From assembly GCA_964490105.1 (NCBI GenBank), contig CAZAZU010000001.1, forward strand, positions 86,706-150,705: a stretch of 64,000 nucleotides of DNA, written 5' to 3'. A program made the position numbers and the translations under genes. This stretch comes from an uncultured Gammaproteobacteria bacterium (GTDB lineage Bacteria > Patescibacteriota > Microgenomatia > Levybacterales > UBA12049). This document shows positions 1 through 8,715 of the stretch, piece by piece. Positions within the stretch are counted from its first letter, which is position 1. Each line of letters begins with the position of its first letter. The notes below the pieces were generated by a model. The model was not told the DNA's origin, made no database searches, and worked only from the letters and a program-made list of their open reading frames with translations.

Positions 1-7
1 ATCGATA

Positions 8-1177
8 TCAAACACCAGATAGTAAATCTTGGGCTTCCTTAAGATTAGAGTTATACATAACCGCTTTTTGAAATTCCTGACGAGCCAATTCTTTATTTCC
101 CTGTCTTTGATATATTTTTCCGCGCAGAATATATAGTTCTGAAAAAGCCCGGTTTTGATTATTTAAAATTCTTTCAGTTATCTGTAATACTTTTTCATCA
201 TTTCCTAATTCATAATATGAAAGTATCGGGTCAATTTGGTACCAGAGAGTTCTAAAAGAAAGCCGACTTTCTATTTTTTCAAACTCTTCTACAGATTTTT
301 CATATTCTCTAAGTTTGTAATATGCAACTGATAAATTAAAACCAGCATCAACATCATTAGGGTTTGATTCTAAGTCTTTAAGAGAATTGTCTTTAGCTTT
401 TTCCCAAGCAACTTTTTCATTTATATCTTCTCCGATAATTCTTTTTGCAATTTCCTTTTTATCTTTTGGAATTAAAACTAAATATTCATAATTAAACTTT
501 TTCCAAATGTCATCATAATCGGCATATGTATATTCCAAGTCCTTTCCCTGAAGTGAATCATCCTGAATAAAAATTCCTCGAGTATCGTCATAGCCTTTTA
601 TAATTCTATAGTGACCTATATCGTCATCTTTTTTAAGCCAAGTGCGGGTTATTACAGGAATATCTTGAGCTATGAATTGTTTTATAATTTCATCATTTCC
701 CATGGGTCTTAGGTAGGGAGTGAAGCCATACTCTTTTGATTTTTCTGCAACTTCCTCAAGTGTTACAGATTTATCATCGTTATCTCCAAAAGGTACTTGA
801 TAGGGGCGTAAAGCTTGACCCAATTCGGATTGGCTAACATTTATTCCATAAAATCTTAAAGCCATCGAAAGAGCTGCTGGACCGCAGTTATTAAAACTTT
901 GGAAGACATGATATCCGCCATTTGAAAGAGTTTTACTTGATGGAATAGGTGTTAGAGTGGGAGAGGGAGATGGCAAAACCCGATTTATGATTGACGATTT
1001 AGGATTTACGATTTGTTTAGTTTGTCTGTTTAAATAATAGAAGCCTGATATTCCTGCAATTAACATTAATATGATTATTACAGCTAAATATTTCCTGTAT
1101 GATACGGGCTGATTAATTTCTGTTTCTGAAATATTTTTGCTTGCCCTGAGATCGTTGAATGGGTTAAAATCGTCCAT
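8..1177 (-). CDS. Membrane-anchored C39-like cysteine peptidase domain protein with C-terminal TPR repeats
   Basis: 389-aa ORF. N-terminal TM helix (LAVIIILMLIAGISGFYY). C39/BtrH-like core with Cys (NNCGPAALSMAL) and downstream His (GHYRII). The C-terminal third shows TPR-like periodicity (AWEKA, YYKLREYEKS, LRGKIYQRQGNKELARQEF). Family assignment is from motifs only. Confidence 0.45.
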   Translation of the reverse strand: MDDFNPFNDLRASKNISETEINQPVSYRKYLAVIIILMLIAGISGFYYLNRQTKQIVNPKSSIINRVLPSPSPTLTPIPSSKTLSNGGYHVFQSFNNCGPAALSMALRFYGINVSQSELGQALRPYQVPFGDNDDKSVTLEEVAEKSKEYGFTPYLRPMGNDEIIKQFIAQDIPVITRTWLKKDDDIGHYRIIKGYDDTRGIFIQDDSLQGKDLEYTYADYDDIWKKFNYEYLVLIPKDKKEIAKRIIGEDINEKVAWEKAKDNSLKDLESNPNDVDAGFNLSVAYYKLREYEKSVEEFEKIESRLSFRTLWYQIDPILSYYELGNDEKVLQITERILNNQNRAFSELYILRGKIYQRQGNKELARQEFQKAVMYNSNLKEAQDLLSGV

Positions 1178-1786
1178 ATGAAAAAGAAAATATTAATTCT
1201 AGCTATTCTTATTATATCTTTAATTACTGTATTGAGTTTATTAATTTTTCCCAATAAGGAAGTTAAAGGTGAGCTTGCTAAAGCTCCTGAAACATCTCAC
1301 TGGTTTATGCTTCACAGAAAATCGAGCGTGGAAATTTTATATGAGGGAATTCCAGGAGACACAAATAATAGCAAAATTGTGCGTCGTTTTCAAGTAAAAA
1401 CCGGTGCATCCTGGAGCCCGACACCTCTTCCAAGGCTTGCAGGCCGGGATTATTGGAAAATAATTAAAAAAGAATCATCTGCTGATAATCCTGAGACATC
1501 TCCTTACTTTTTACAGCTTGATGTTCCTACAACTGAGGAGTGGCCGTATGGCCCCACACCTTATACAGAATGCGTTGATGCTTACTCGGGTAAAAATATT
1601 CAGTGTGATTGGATATTGCCTGGATATTTTGGGCTTCATGGAATAGGCGGTAATCCTTCAAAATTGTCAGCGGATGATTATGGAAGCTCAGGGTGCATAA
1701 GGCATAGAGATGAAGACATTACTTTTTTGTTTAATCTTTTAGATCCCCAAAAAGAAGAGATCAGATATTACGTTTCCGACATTTAG
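1178..1786 (+). CDS. L,D-transpeptidase (YkuD-domain) protein, secreted
   Basis: 202 aa. N-terminal signal/TM segment. YkuD catalytic signature HGIGGNP...SSGCIRHRDEDI (His...Ser-x-Gly-Cys-Ile-Arg). Confidence 0.6.
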   Translation: MKKKILILAILIISLITVLSLLIFPNKEVKGELAKAPETSHWFMLHRKSSVEILYEGIPGDTNNSKIVRRFQVKTGASWSPTPLPRLAGRDYWKIIKKESSADNPETSPYFLQLDVPTTEEWPYGPTPYTECVDAYSGKNIQCDWILPGYFGLHGIGGNPSKLSADDYGSSGCIRHRDEDITFLFNLLDPQKEEIRYYVSDI

Positions 1787-1810
1787 AAAACTTTGGTATA
1801 ATTTTATTTC

Positions 1811-2920
1811 ATGGAAGAAAAAGTACCGCCTCAAGCTTCAGAAATTCCAACTTTAACTCCGGCTCAAAAAAGAAAGAAAATAATTTTATTGCTCGCTGCT
1901 TTAATTGGAATTAATGTTTTAGTTTTTGGGGGACTTTATTCAGTCCTATCAAGTAATAAAACTGTTGGTGAAGTCACAAATCAAAAAATATCTACCGTAA
2001 ATCCATCTCCAACACCATTTCCCTTTGAGGAACTTACTATTCCATACTTGAGAAACAGAGAATATAAAAGCAATATACCAGTGATTGAGGAAAACTCAAG
2101 AAACGAAGACTATATCTCAAGCCTAGCTAGTTATGAGTCCGACGGAAATACTATTTTTGCCCAGTTAACAAATCCAACGGGTATGCCTCCTGAGGGTGGT
2201 TGGCCAGCAATTATTTTTGTGCATGGATATATTCCGCCAGCAAATTATCAGACTTTTAGCAATTATTCATCATATGTTGATTATTTAGCCCGAAAAGGAT
2301 TTGTAGTTTTTAAAATTGATTTAAGAGGACATGGACAGAGTGAAGGGGAAGCTGGGGGAGCATATTATTCATCTGATTATGTTATCGACGTGCTAAATGC
2401 ATATGCGGCACTTGAAAAATATGAGTTTGTGAATCCTAGGAAAATCGGACTTTGGGGACATTCAATGGCAGGAAATGTAATTTCCCGCGCCCTAGGGGCA
2501 AAGCCTGATATACCCGCAATCGCGATTTGGGGTGGAGCGGTCTATACATATGCTGATTTCACCGAATTTAGCATAGAGGACAATAGTTATCAGCCTCCAA
2601 GTGATGATTCTCCTAGTCGAAAAAAACGAAATGAAATGTTTGAAAAATATGGAGCATTTAATGAAAAATCAGAATTCTGGAAGAAGGTACCTGTTACAAA
2701 CTATTTAGACGAAATAACTGGCGCTATATCTCTAAATCATGCAGTTGACGACTCAGTTGTAGATATTGGTTATAGTAGGAACTTCAACGAAATTCTAGAT
2801 AGGACAGAAATTCCGCATGAGCTTAATGAATATCCGAGTGGTGGGCATAATTTTACTGGGAGTGCTTTTACAGAAGCGATGAATAAGACAATTGAATTCT
2901 ATAATAAATATCTAAATTAG
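1811..2920 (+). CDS. alpha/beta-hydrolase fold peptidase/esterase (S9/dienelactone-hydrolase-like), membrane-anchored
   Basis: 369 aa. N-terminal TM segment. Nucleophile elbow GLWGHSMAG (GxSxG). Conserved GGHNF near the C-terminus. Typical alpha/beta hydrolase layout. Confidence 0.5.
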   Translation: MEEKVPPQASEIPTLTPAQKRKKIILLLAALIGINVLVFGGLYSVLSSNKTVGEVTNQKISTVNPSPTPFPFEELTIPYLRNREYKSNIPVIEENSRNEDYISSLASYESDGNTIFAQLTNPTGMPPEGGWPAIIFVHGYIPPANYQTFSNYSSYVDYLARKGFVVFKIDLRGHGQSEGEAGGAYYSSDYVIDVLNAYAALEKYEFVNPRKIGLWGHSMAGNVISRALGAKPDIPAIAIWGGAVYTYADFTEFSIEDNSYQPPSDDSPSRKKRNEMFEKYGAFNEKSEFWKKVPVTNYLDEITGAISLNHAVDDSVVDIGYSRNFNEILDRTEIPHELNEYPSGGHNFTGSAFTEAMNKTIEFYNKYLN

Positions 2921-2982
2921 AATTTGTTATAATTCAACTTACTTTAAGGTTTAACCCACTCTAATTTAAAGATCGGAGGTGA

Positions 2983-3483
2983 ATGATGGAAGAAGAAGCT
3001 AAAAAAACAGGTATTAGCAAAACCATGATTATGGTAGGAATAGCGGTAGTTATCATTATCGCAGCAGTTGCAATCGGAGGTTTTGTTTTAACCAAAAATA
3101 AAGAGCAGGCTGTAGTAGAAGCTCCGCAAGAAAGCGTAACTGGAGCAATGAGTGAGACCAGGGAAGCGGGAACTAAAGCTACATACAAAGACGGTACGTA
3201 TGAAGCAAAGGGTGAATATTCCTATCACTCAGGTACAGAATCAATTGACGTTACAGTAACGCTTGCAAATGGAGTAATTGAGGATGTTGAGGTTGTGGCG
3301 CAAGCAAAAGCACCAACTTCAAAGAAAATTCAGGCAGATTTCATCGCCAACTATAAAGAACAGGTTGTTGGAAAAAATATTGATGAGGTTAATCTTGGAA
3401 AAATTTCTGGATCAAGTTTGACTCCAGTCGGATTTAACGCGGCACTTGAAGATATTAAGGCACAAGCGCAAGCTAGTTCTTAA
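2983..3483 (+). CDS. FMN-binding domain protein (probable ApbE flavinylation substrate), membrane-anchored
   Basis: 166 aa. SD GGAGGTG 6 nt upstream. N-terminal TM helix. FMN_bind-like core (TYKDGTYEAKGEYSYHSGTESIDVTVTLANGVIEDVEVV). Candidate flavinylation motif ISGSSLT, which resembles the canonical SGAT[LI][ST] motif. Sits immediately upstream of apbE. Confidence 0.55.
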   Translation: MMEEEAKKTGISKTMIMVGIAVVIIIAAVAIGGFVLTKNKEQAVVEAPQESVTGAMSETREAGTKATYKDGTYEAKGEYSYHSGTESIDVTVTLANGVIEDVEVVAQAKAPTSKKIQADFIANYKEQVVGKNIDEVNLGKISGSSLTPVGFNAALEDIKAQAQASS

Positions 3484-3485
3484 GT

Positions 3486-4373
3486 ATGAATTCGTTCCAG
3501 CTGGCTTTTGAAGCAATCGGTACTCAATGGGTAATCGATTGTTTTGATGTACCAATTTCCAAAGAAGAAACCTTGTCCATTATAACCACAAGGATTGAAG
3601 AATTTGATAAGACTTATTCCCGTTTTCGAAAAGATTCAATTGTATGGAAAATATCTGAAAAAACAGGTGAATATGAATTTCCACCTGACGCAAAAGAGTT
3701 ATTTTCTCTTTACGAAAAACTCGAACTTATAACAAATAGCGCCTTCACACTTCTTATCGGAAACACTTTAGTAGAAGCTGGTTATGACTCTGATTATAAA
3801 TTAAAACCAGGAAGAATAAATAAACTACCAAAATCATCAGAAGTTTATTCATATAAGTATCCGTTGTTAACTGTAAAAAAACCATTTATTCTAGATTTTG
3901 GCGGACTTGGAAAAGGTTATTTGATTGATATCATTGCGAATCTTCTTTTAGAAAATAATATTAACACTTTTACGATCGATGGTGGGGGAGACATCTATTA
4001 TAAAAACGATGAAAAAGTTTTAAGTGTAGGACTTGAGCATCCGGGAAATTATAAACAAGTAATTGGGATCGCAAAGATAAAAAATCAAAGTATTGCAGCT
4101 TCTTCTGGAAATAGAAGGGCGTGGGATAGGTTTCACCACATAATAGATGCAAATTCTTTAAAGTCTCCGGATAAAATTCTTGCTACGTGGGTGGTTGCAA
4201 ATGACGCAGTTACTGCAGACGGATTAGCAACATGTTTATTTTTTGTTTCAGAGGAAAAACTATTAAAATATTTTGAATTTGAATACTTAATTCTATATCC
4301 GGATTACTCTTTTAAAAAGTCTAATGGATTTCCTGCTGAGCTATTTATTCAAAAAGAAAATTTAGTACAATGA
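3486..4373 (+). CDS. apbE: FAD:protein FMN transferase (ApbE family)
   Basis: 295 aa. ApbE-like motifs LDFGGLGKGYLID and DGGGD. Stop is TGA. Confidence 0.7.
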   Translation: MNSFQLAFEAIGTQWVIDCFDVPISKEETLSIITTRIEEFDKTYSRFRKDSIVWKISEKTGEYEFPPDAKELFSLYEKLELITNSAFTLLIGNTLVEAGYDSDYKLKPGRINKLPKSSEVYSYKYPLLTVKKPFILDFGGLGKGYLIDIIANLLLENNINTFTIDGGGDIYYKNDEKVLSVGLEHPGNYKQVIGIAKIKNQSIAASSGNRRAWDRFHHIIDANSLKSPDKILATWVVANDAVTADGLATCLFFVSEEKLLKYFEFEYLILYPDYSFKKSNGFPAELFIQKENLVQ

Positions 4374-4377
4374 TATC

Positions 4378-5886
4378 GTGAGGGGAATAGATAATTTACT
4401 TAACAGTTTTACAACTTATAGAGTAGTTCTCTGCGGACTGATTTTTCTCGCATGTATATCCATATTTTTTTCAGGCATAGGAATTGTTCCATTTTCAACA
4501 ATTAACTTGGTTGTTAGTTTGCTTCTTATTCTTGCTTCCTGTTTTATATCAAATTTTATATATGCGAAAATTTTTAAAGTTCAGGTAAATATTGAGTCGT
4601 TCGCAATTACTGGGTTAATTCTATTCTTAATCCTCACTCCATATGAACTGGGAAATTCTCCATTAAATTACATTTTGTTTTCTACAATTGCGATGGGTTC
4701 AAAATATGTTTTGGCAATTCATAAAAAGCATATTTTTAATCCTGCAGCATTTTCCCTTGTAGTAATGGGTTTGTTTGGTGCATATGAGGGTGAATGGTGG
4801 ATTGGAAATACATTCCTATTCCCATTTGTTTTATTGGTAGGACTTTTAATTGTTAGAAAAGTTAGAAAGTTTAGTCTTTTCATTTCTTATTTTATCTTTG
4901 CGGTTATTTCAATTTCTATTTTTGCTTATTTGAATGGATCAGATGTATTAAAAATATTAAGTCAGGCAATTCCATCATGGCCTCTTCTTTTTTTGGGAAC
5001 CATTATGCTGACAGAACCTTTAACTATGCCGCCGAAAAGACGTCTTCAAGTATTTTATGGCGCTTTGGTGGGTTTTCTAACGGGTGTGCAGTTTAATATC
5101 GGCCCTTTCTTTATGACATCTGAGACTGCACTTATTCTAGGAAATATTTTTTCCTATTTTGTAAGTTTTAGAAAAAGATTAATTTTAGAATTTAAAGAAA
5201 AAATTGAATTGTCTCCAAATATCTACGAATTTATTTTTAAAAAACCTTCATCGCTTTCATTTCTGCCAGGACAATATTTTGAATGGACACTTGGTAACAG
5301 AAGACCAGATTCTAGAGGAGTAAGGAGATATTTTACTATTTCATCAAGTCCTACTGAAAATGACATAAGGCTTGGTGTAAGACTTGAAAAAGACAAAGGA
5401 AGTAGTTTTAAAAAATCACTTTTAAATTTAGCTCCAGGACAAAAAATTTATGCAGGAAATTTATCAGGGGATTTTACGCTTCCAAAAAATAAAAATGAAA
5501 AAATAGTTTTCATAGCGGGCGGAATTGGTATAACACCTTTTAGAAGCATGATTAGTTTTATGTTGGATAAAAATGAAAACAGAGACATAGTTTTATTTTA
5601 TTCAAATGCAAAACCCGAGGATTTTGTTTATAGAGATATATTTTACTCTGCAAGGCAGAATGGTTTAAAAACTGTTTATATTTTAACTAAAGAAACGACA
5701 GAAAATTGGAATGGATATACAGGTAGATTAACAGCTGAAATTATTAAAAAAGAAGTTTCTGATTTTACCAATAGAACATATTATCTTTCTGGGCCCATTG
5801 CAATGGTGGACAATTATAAAAAACTCTTAAGAAGGTTGGGTATAAAACAAAATAAAATAATTACAGATTATTTCCCCGGATTCTAA
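4378..5886 (+). CDS. Polytopic membrane protein fused to FNR-like oxidoreductase (FAD_binding_6 + NAD_binding_1)
   Basis: 502 aa, GTG start. About 6 predicted TM helices in the first 260 aa. Then a ferredoxin-NADP reductase-type module: RRYFTISSSP (RxY[ST] FAD motif) and IAGGIGITPFRSM (NAD(P)-binding GGxGxxP). Confidence 0.6.
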   Translation: MRGIDNLLNSFTTYRVVLCGLIFLACISIFFSGIGIVPFSTINLVVSLLLILASCFISNFIYAKIFKVQVNIESFAITGLILFLILTPYELGNSPLNYILFSTIAMGSKYVLAIHKKHIFNPAAFSLVVMGLFGAYEGEWWIGNTFLFPFVLLVGLLIVRKVRKFSLFISYFIFAVISISIFAYLNGSDVLKILSQAIPSWPLLFLGTIMLTEPLTMPPKRRLQVFYGALVGFLTGVQFNIGPFFMTSETALILGNIFSYFVSFRKRLILEFKEKIELSPNIYEFIFKKPSSLSFLPGQYFEWTLGNRRPDSRGVRRYFTISSSPTENDIRLGVRLEKDKGSSFKKSLLNLAPGQKIYAGNLSGDFTLPKNKNEKIVFIAGGIGITPFRSMISFMLDKNENRDIVLFYSNAKPEDFVYRDIFYSARQNGLKTVYILTKETTENWNGYTGRLTAEIIKKEVSDFTNRTYYLSGPIAMVDNYKKLLRRLGIKQNKIITDYFPGF

Positions 5887-5993
5887 TAGAAAAAAATAAT
5901 CGATTTTTATCGTACGATTAGTAAATGCTGCAATTTAAATATTGACAGAAATATATAATTGTTCATTTGACTTGGAAATAATTAAAGAGTATT

Positions 5994-6494
5994 TTGAGAT
6001 TAATGGCTCTAATTGAAGCCTACGCTGGGTTTTTAGCAAAACAAGCTGAATTGGCTAAATATCAGAAAATGGCAAGAATTCTTACTCTTTCTCAGAGAGA
6101 GGCTGTTATCTCTCTTCTTCCAGTAATTCCAGAAATAAATGATAAGACCAGAGTGATTTTTAATGGTGCACAGATAGCTTTAATTGGTCAGGTTGTAGAT
6201 AGATTTGTAAATGGACAAGCAGAAGGACAGGGGGTTGATCTTATAGTTGCAAACAATTCTGTACCAGGCCCGCATCTAGATGGTTTATCCGAATTTGTTG
6301 CTGGAGAATTTTTTTTAATGAGTAGTGGAGGGATTAGAACAGTTCACGAGACGCCAATTTATAGGATTCTTTCAAGCGGTGGAGATAATTCTACTAGGAT
6401 AATCTTAAACACAGAAAGAGTAGACGATAGGCGAAGAATAAAAGCATCTAGAGATCCGGGAAATATGACATTTGTTAATCTAAGTTTAGGATAG
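5994..6494 (+). CDS. hypothetical protein (island A)
   Basis: 166-aa ORF with TTG start and a possible ATG at 6003. Elevated GC relative to flanks. No recognisable motif. Confidence 0.3.
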   Translation: MRLMALIEAYAGFLAKQAELAKYQKMARILTLSQREAVISLLPVIPEINDKTRVIFNGAQIALIGQVVDRFVNGQAEGQGVDLIVANNSVPGPHLDGLSEFVAGEFFLMSSGGIRTVHETPIYRILSSGGDNSTRIILNTERVDDRRRIKASRDPGNMTFVNLSLG

Positions 6495-6517
6495 TAAAAA
6501 TTAAAGGAGGTGAAAAT

Positions 6518-6688
6518 ATGAAAGATAATGCTGGGCTTTCAGCCATTTATTGCACAGGAATAATAGGAGCCGCGATTTATTATATTCAGGTAACTTCTGG
6601 ATTTCAGGAGACAATCTGGGGTCTAATAAAAGCCCTATTCTGGCCAGGAGTTTTCGTTTACGAAGTAATGAAAATGCTTAGCCTTTAA
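6518..6688 (+). CDS. small membrane protein (56 aa), not in supplied ORF track
   Basis: ATG at 6518 preceded by the strong SD AAAGGAGGTGAAAAT. Translation MKDNAGLSAIYCTGIIGAAIYYIQVTSGFQETIWGLIKALFWPGVFVYEVMKMLSL shows two hydrophobic segments. TAA stop at 6686-6688. Confidence 0.4.
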   Translation: MKDNAGLSAIYCTGIIGAAIYYIQVTSGFQETIWGLIKALFWPGVFVYEVMKMLSL

Positions 6689-6741
6689 CTCCTAGGATTA
6701 CCCAAATTAGCAGGTATCTCTTGTGGGCCTCTAGTCAATCA

Positions 6742-6770
6742 TTGACCGAGTCTTATAGTAATTGTATAAT
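6742..6770 (+). promoter_or_regulatory. sigma70-type consensus promoter TTGACC-N17-TATAAT directly upstream of the 6779 gene (leader <=2 nt)
   Basis: -35 at 6742-6747, -10 at 6765-6770, ATG at 6779. Confidence 0.55.
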
Positions 6771-6778
6771 CTACGCTT

Positions 6779-7594
6779 ATGGTTTCAGAAGTATTTGATG
6801 GTCGCGGTCAAGATGGTGGGAGTCCAGCGCCACGCATTTTATTTCCTTTAGCTCAAGTAGAAGAAGGATCAAGTATGGTTGTGGCAAGAAGCGTAGGCGA
6901 ATATGCTCCTAATCCAGATGTGCCCCAAGGATTTAGCCTGCATCCTGATTTCTCTCACCTAAAAGTATTATTAAATGAAGATGGAAATCCGCATGTGCTT
7001 GTGCAGCCAGACGGTGAAATGATTCATTTAGCAAATAGAGATTATGATGATACAGATCTTTCCTTAAATAAATTTCTCTCAGGTAGCTTAACTGCTAAGC
7101 TAAATTCAGGAACGGATCCAATTTCAGTTCTTGATGTTGGGGGAGGCTATAAATCGTCTACAGCAATTGAAATAGGAGCAAGTAACGAGAGATTCAGAGT
7201 TACAAATGTGGACATTTTATTAAAAAATGCAACTCCAGTTTCAGGAAAAGCTCCTCGAAATGTGACACCTGTTTTAGGAGATGCCAGGAATTTACACGTC
7301 CCTGATAATTCCCAGGATGTTGTTTTTTCATCGAGACTTTTAATTTATATGAATGAGGAAGATTTTATTGCAGCATTTAAAGAAATCGTAAGAGTTTTGA
7401 AACCGGGCGGAGAAGCGATTTTGTTTGATTTGCCCATGGAAGCAGGGCGAAGTACACGCTTGACGCAAAGACTATCACGGGAATTAAATGTCGATGTGCC
7501 TGATTGGGAAATTGAAAGTTTTATAGGGATTGGATATGTAGTTTTAGTTTCAAAGCCGGAAAAGTTGGAAAAATCGGTTGCCGCAGAAGTTTAA
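6779..7594 (+). CDS. class I SAM-dependent methyltransferase
   Basis: 271 aa. Motif I VLDVGGGY. Motif II-like VVFSSRLLIYM. Motif III LKPGGEAILFD. Confidence 0.5.
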   Translation: MVSEVFDGRGQDGGSPAPRILFPLAQVEEGSSMVVARSVGEYAPNPDVPQGFSLHPDFSHLKVLLNEDGNPHVLVQPDGEMIHLANRDYDDTDLSLNKFLSGSLTAKLNSGTDPISVLDVGGGYKSSTAIEIGASNERFRVTNVDILLKNATPVSGKAPRNVTPVLGDARNLHVPDNSQDVVFSSRLLIYMNEEDFIAAFKEIVRVLKPGGEAILFDLPMEAGRSTRLTQRLSRELNVDVPDWEIESFIGIGYVVLVSKPEKLEKSVAAEV

Positions 7595-7595
7595 T

Positions 7596-8219
7596 CTAGC
7601 CTCTATAGCCTCTTCTTTGACCAAATACATCATTACTTGCGATAGGCGCAGAAAAATCCTTAATCCGTAGAGTTCTTGTGACGCTGCCAAATCTTGGTTG
7701 AACTGGACCAGTAACATGATCTAAAAAATTCCCAGGAGTAATAGGTCTGTTAGGATCAAAAGGAGGAGGAGAAGTAGGATCTTGATAAGTTTGGGTAACT
7801 GGTTCTGGTTCAGGACGAGCTAACTGCTGTGTAAATAATGAAGCATAGTCGCTAAGGGATCTAAAAGCCATGGTAGGATTTAATCCGCGAAGAGTCGCGA
7901 GGAATTCGTCCATCCTACTTCGCTCAACTGGCGATAGAAATGGATAGTTATCAATTCTTGCGAGCGTAACTAATTTTACGTCGAGAATTCTTTTAGTCAT
8001 TTGATCCTGCATATGAGCTATTTGTTTTTCTGAAAGCCCAGTTAAGTCAATTCCACTGATTACCGCTTCTGCCATGGATGCATCAATAGTACCGTGTCTT
8101 CTTCGTGTAGGATCCTCAGGATCTGGCTCTGCGAGTTTTAATGCTATAACATCTTCTACAGCCTTCCAATCAATAGGATCTTTATCTTTTTTCCCTCTTC
8201 TAGGTTCCTGATCTACCAT
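7596..8219 (-). CDS. hypothetical protein (island A), Pro-rich C-terminus
   Basis: 207-aa ORF. Its own TTGACA-N17-TATAAA promoter sits at 8228-8256 on the minus strand, with an 8-nt leader. Confidence 0.35.
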   Translation of the reverse strand: MVDQEPRRGKKDKDPIDWKAVEDVIALKLAEPDPEDPTRRRHGTIDASMAEAVISGIDLTGLSEKQIAHMQDQMTKRILDVKLVTLARIDNYPFLSPVERSRMDEFLATLRGLNPTMAFRSLSDYASLFTQQLARPEPEPVTQTYQDPTSPPPFDPNRPITPGNFLDHVTGPVQPRFGSVTRTLRIKDFSAPIASNDVFGQRRGYRG

Positions 8220-8227
8220 AAGGGATG

Positions 8228-8256
8228 TTTATACTACTAAATATTTGTTCTGTCAA
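8228..8256 (-). promoter_or_regulatory. sigma70-type promoter TTGACA-N17-TATAAA for the 7596-8219 gene
   Basis: On the minus strand: ttgaca gaacaaatatttagtag tataaa catccctt ATG. Confidence 0.5.
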
Positions 8257-8268
8257 CTAAATTTAGCC

Positions 8269-8297
8269 TTGACATAATCTTATAGTATTTATATAAT
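8269..8297 (+). promoter_or_regulatory. sigma70 consensus promoter TTGACA-N17-TATAAT, 6 nt upstream of the ATG at 8304
   Basis: -35 at 8269-8274, -10 at 8292-8297. Preceded by TTTAGCC at 8262-8268. Confidence 0.55.
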
Positions 8298-8303
8298 CCG
8301 CGC

Positions 8304-8687
8304 ATGGAAAAAAGCGATAGAAAAACACCGCCAGAAGAATTAAGAAGACAGGCTTCAATTAGACTTGCGCAGGTGAAAGCAGCAGGATTAGATGGTCAGG
8401 TAGGAGAAGTCGCGCGTTTTATGGCTTACGCTGCAGGATTTGAGATGGAAGCATTCGCCACTTATCCAAGACAGGATTTTAAAAATAGAAGAAAAAGCGG
8501 GATGGCTGCATTTAGACTTTTCTCAGAAATTTCCGACCATCAGCATGTGGTGACTTTTGGAACATTAATGCTTGAAATTCTTGATGGAAATTTATCCCGT
8601 GATGCTAAAAGAGAGATTAAAACAGGCATTAAGAAATCTAGAGCTCAGCTTCCTCAAAGCCCGATACCTCCAGTACAGAATATTTAA
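8304..8687 (+). CDS. hypothetical protein (island A)
   Basis: 127-aa ORF, leaderless-type promoter, no clear motif. Confidence 0.35.
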   Translation: MEKSDRKTPPEELRRQASIRLAQVKAAGLDGQVGEVARFMAYAAGFEMEAFATYPRQDFKNRRKSGMAAFRLFSEISDHQHVVTFGTLMLEILDGNLSRDAKREIKTGIKKSRAQLPQSPIPPVQNI

Positions 8688-8715
8688 GTTTTAGCCTTGA
8701 TTCTGAAGAAAGAAT

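Noticed and set aside
2961-3188. 75-aa antisense ORF
   Set aside because: Lies entirely inside and antisense to the FMN-binding protein gene, and is a low-complexity hydrophobic translation. The same reasoning applies to the antisense track ORFs at 3970-4152, 9067-9273, 10215-10466, 10987-11498, 12373-12712, 13628-13975, 14080-14316, 17281-17924, 18090-18779, 19659-20116, 20547-20729, 20985-21320, 21259-21562, 23298-24435, 26139-26336, 26666-26878, 27836-28027, 31106-31291, 31467-31688, 32201-32805, 33384-33629, 39289-39492, 42648-42860, 43819-44010, 44409-44996, 46966-47793, 49429-49813, 52185-52742, 53015-53293, 54408-54626, 57869-58099, 58267-58473, 58733-58945 and 62103-62312.
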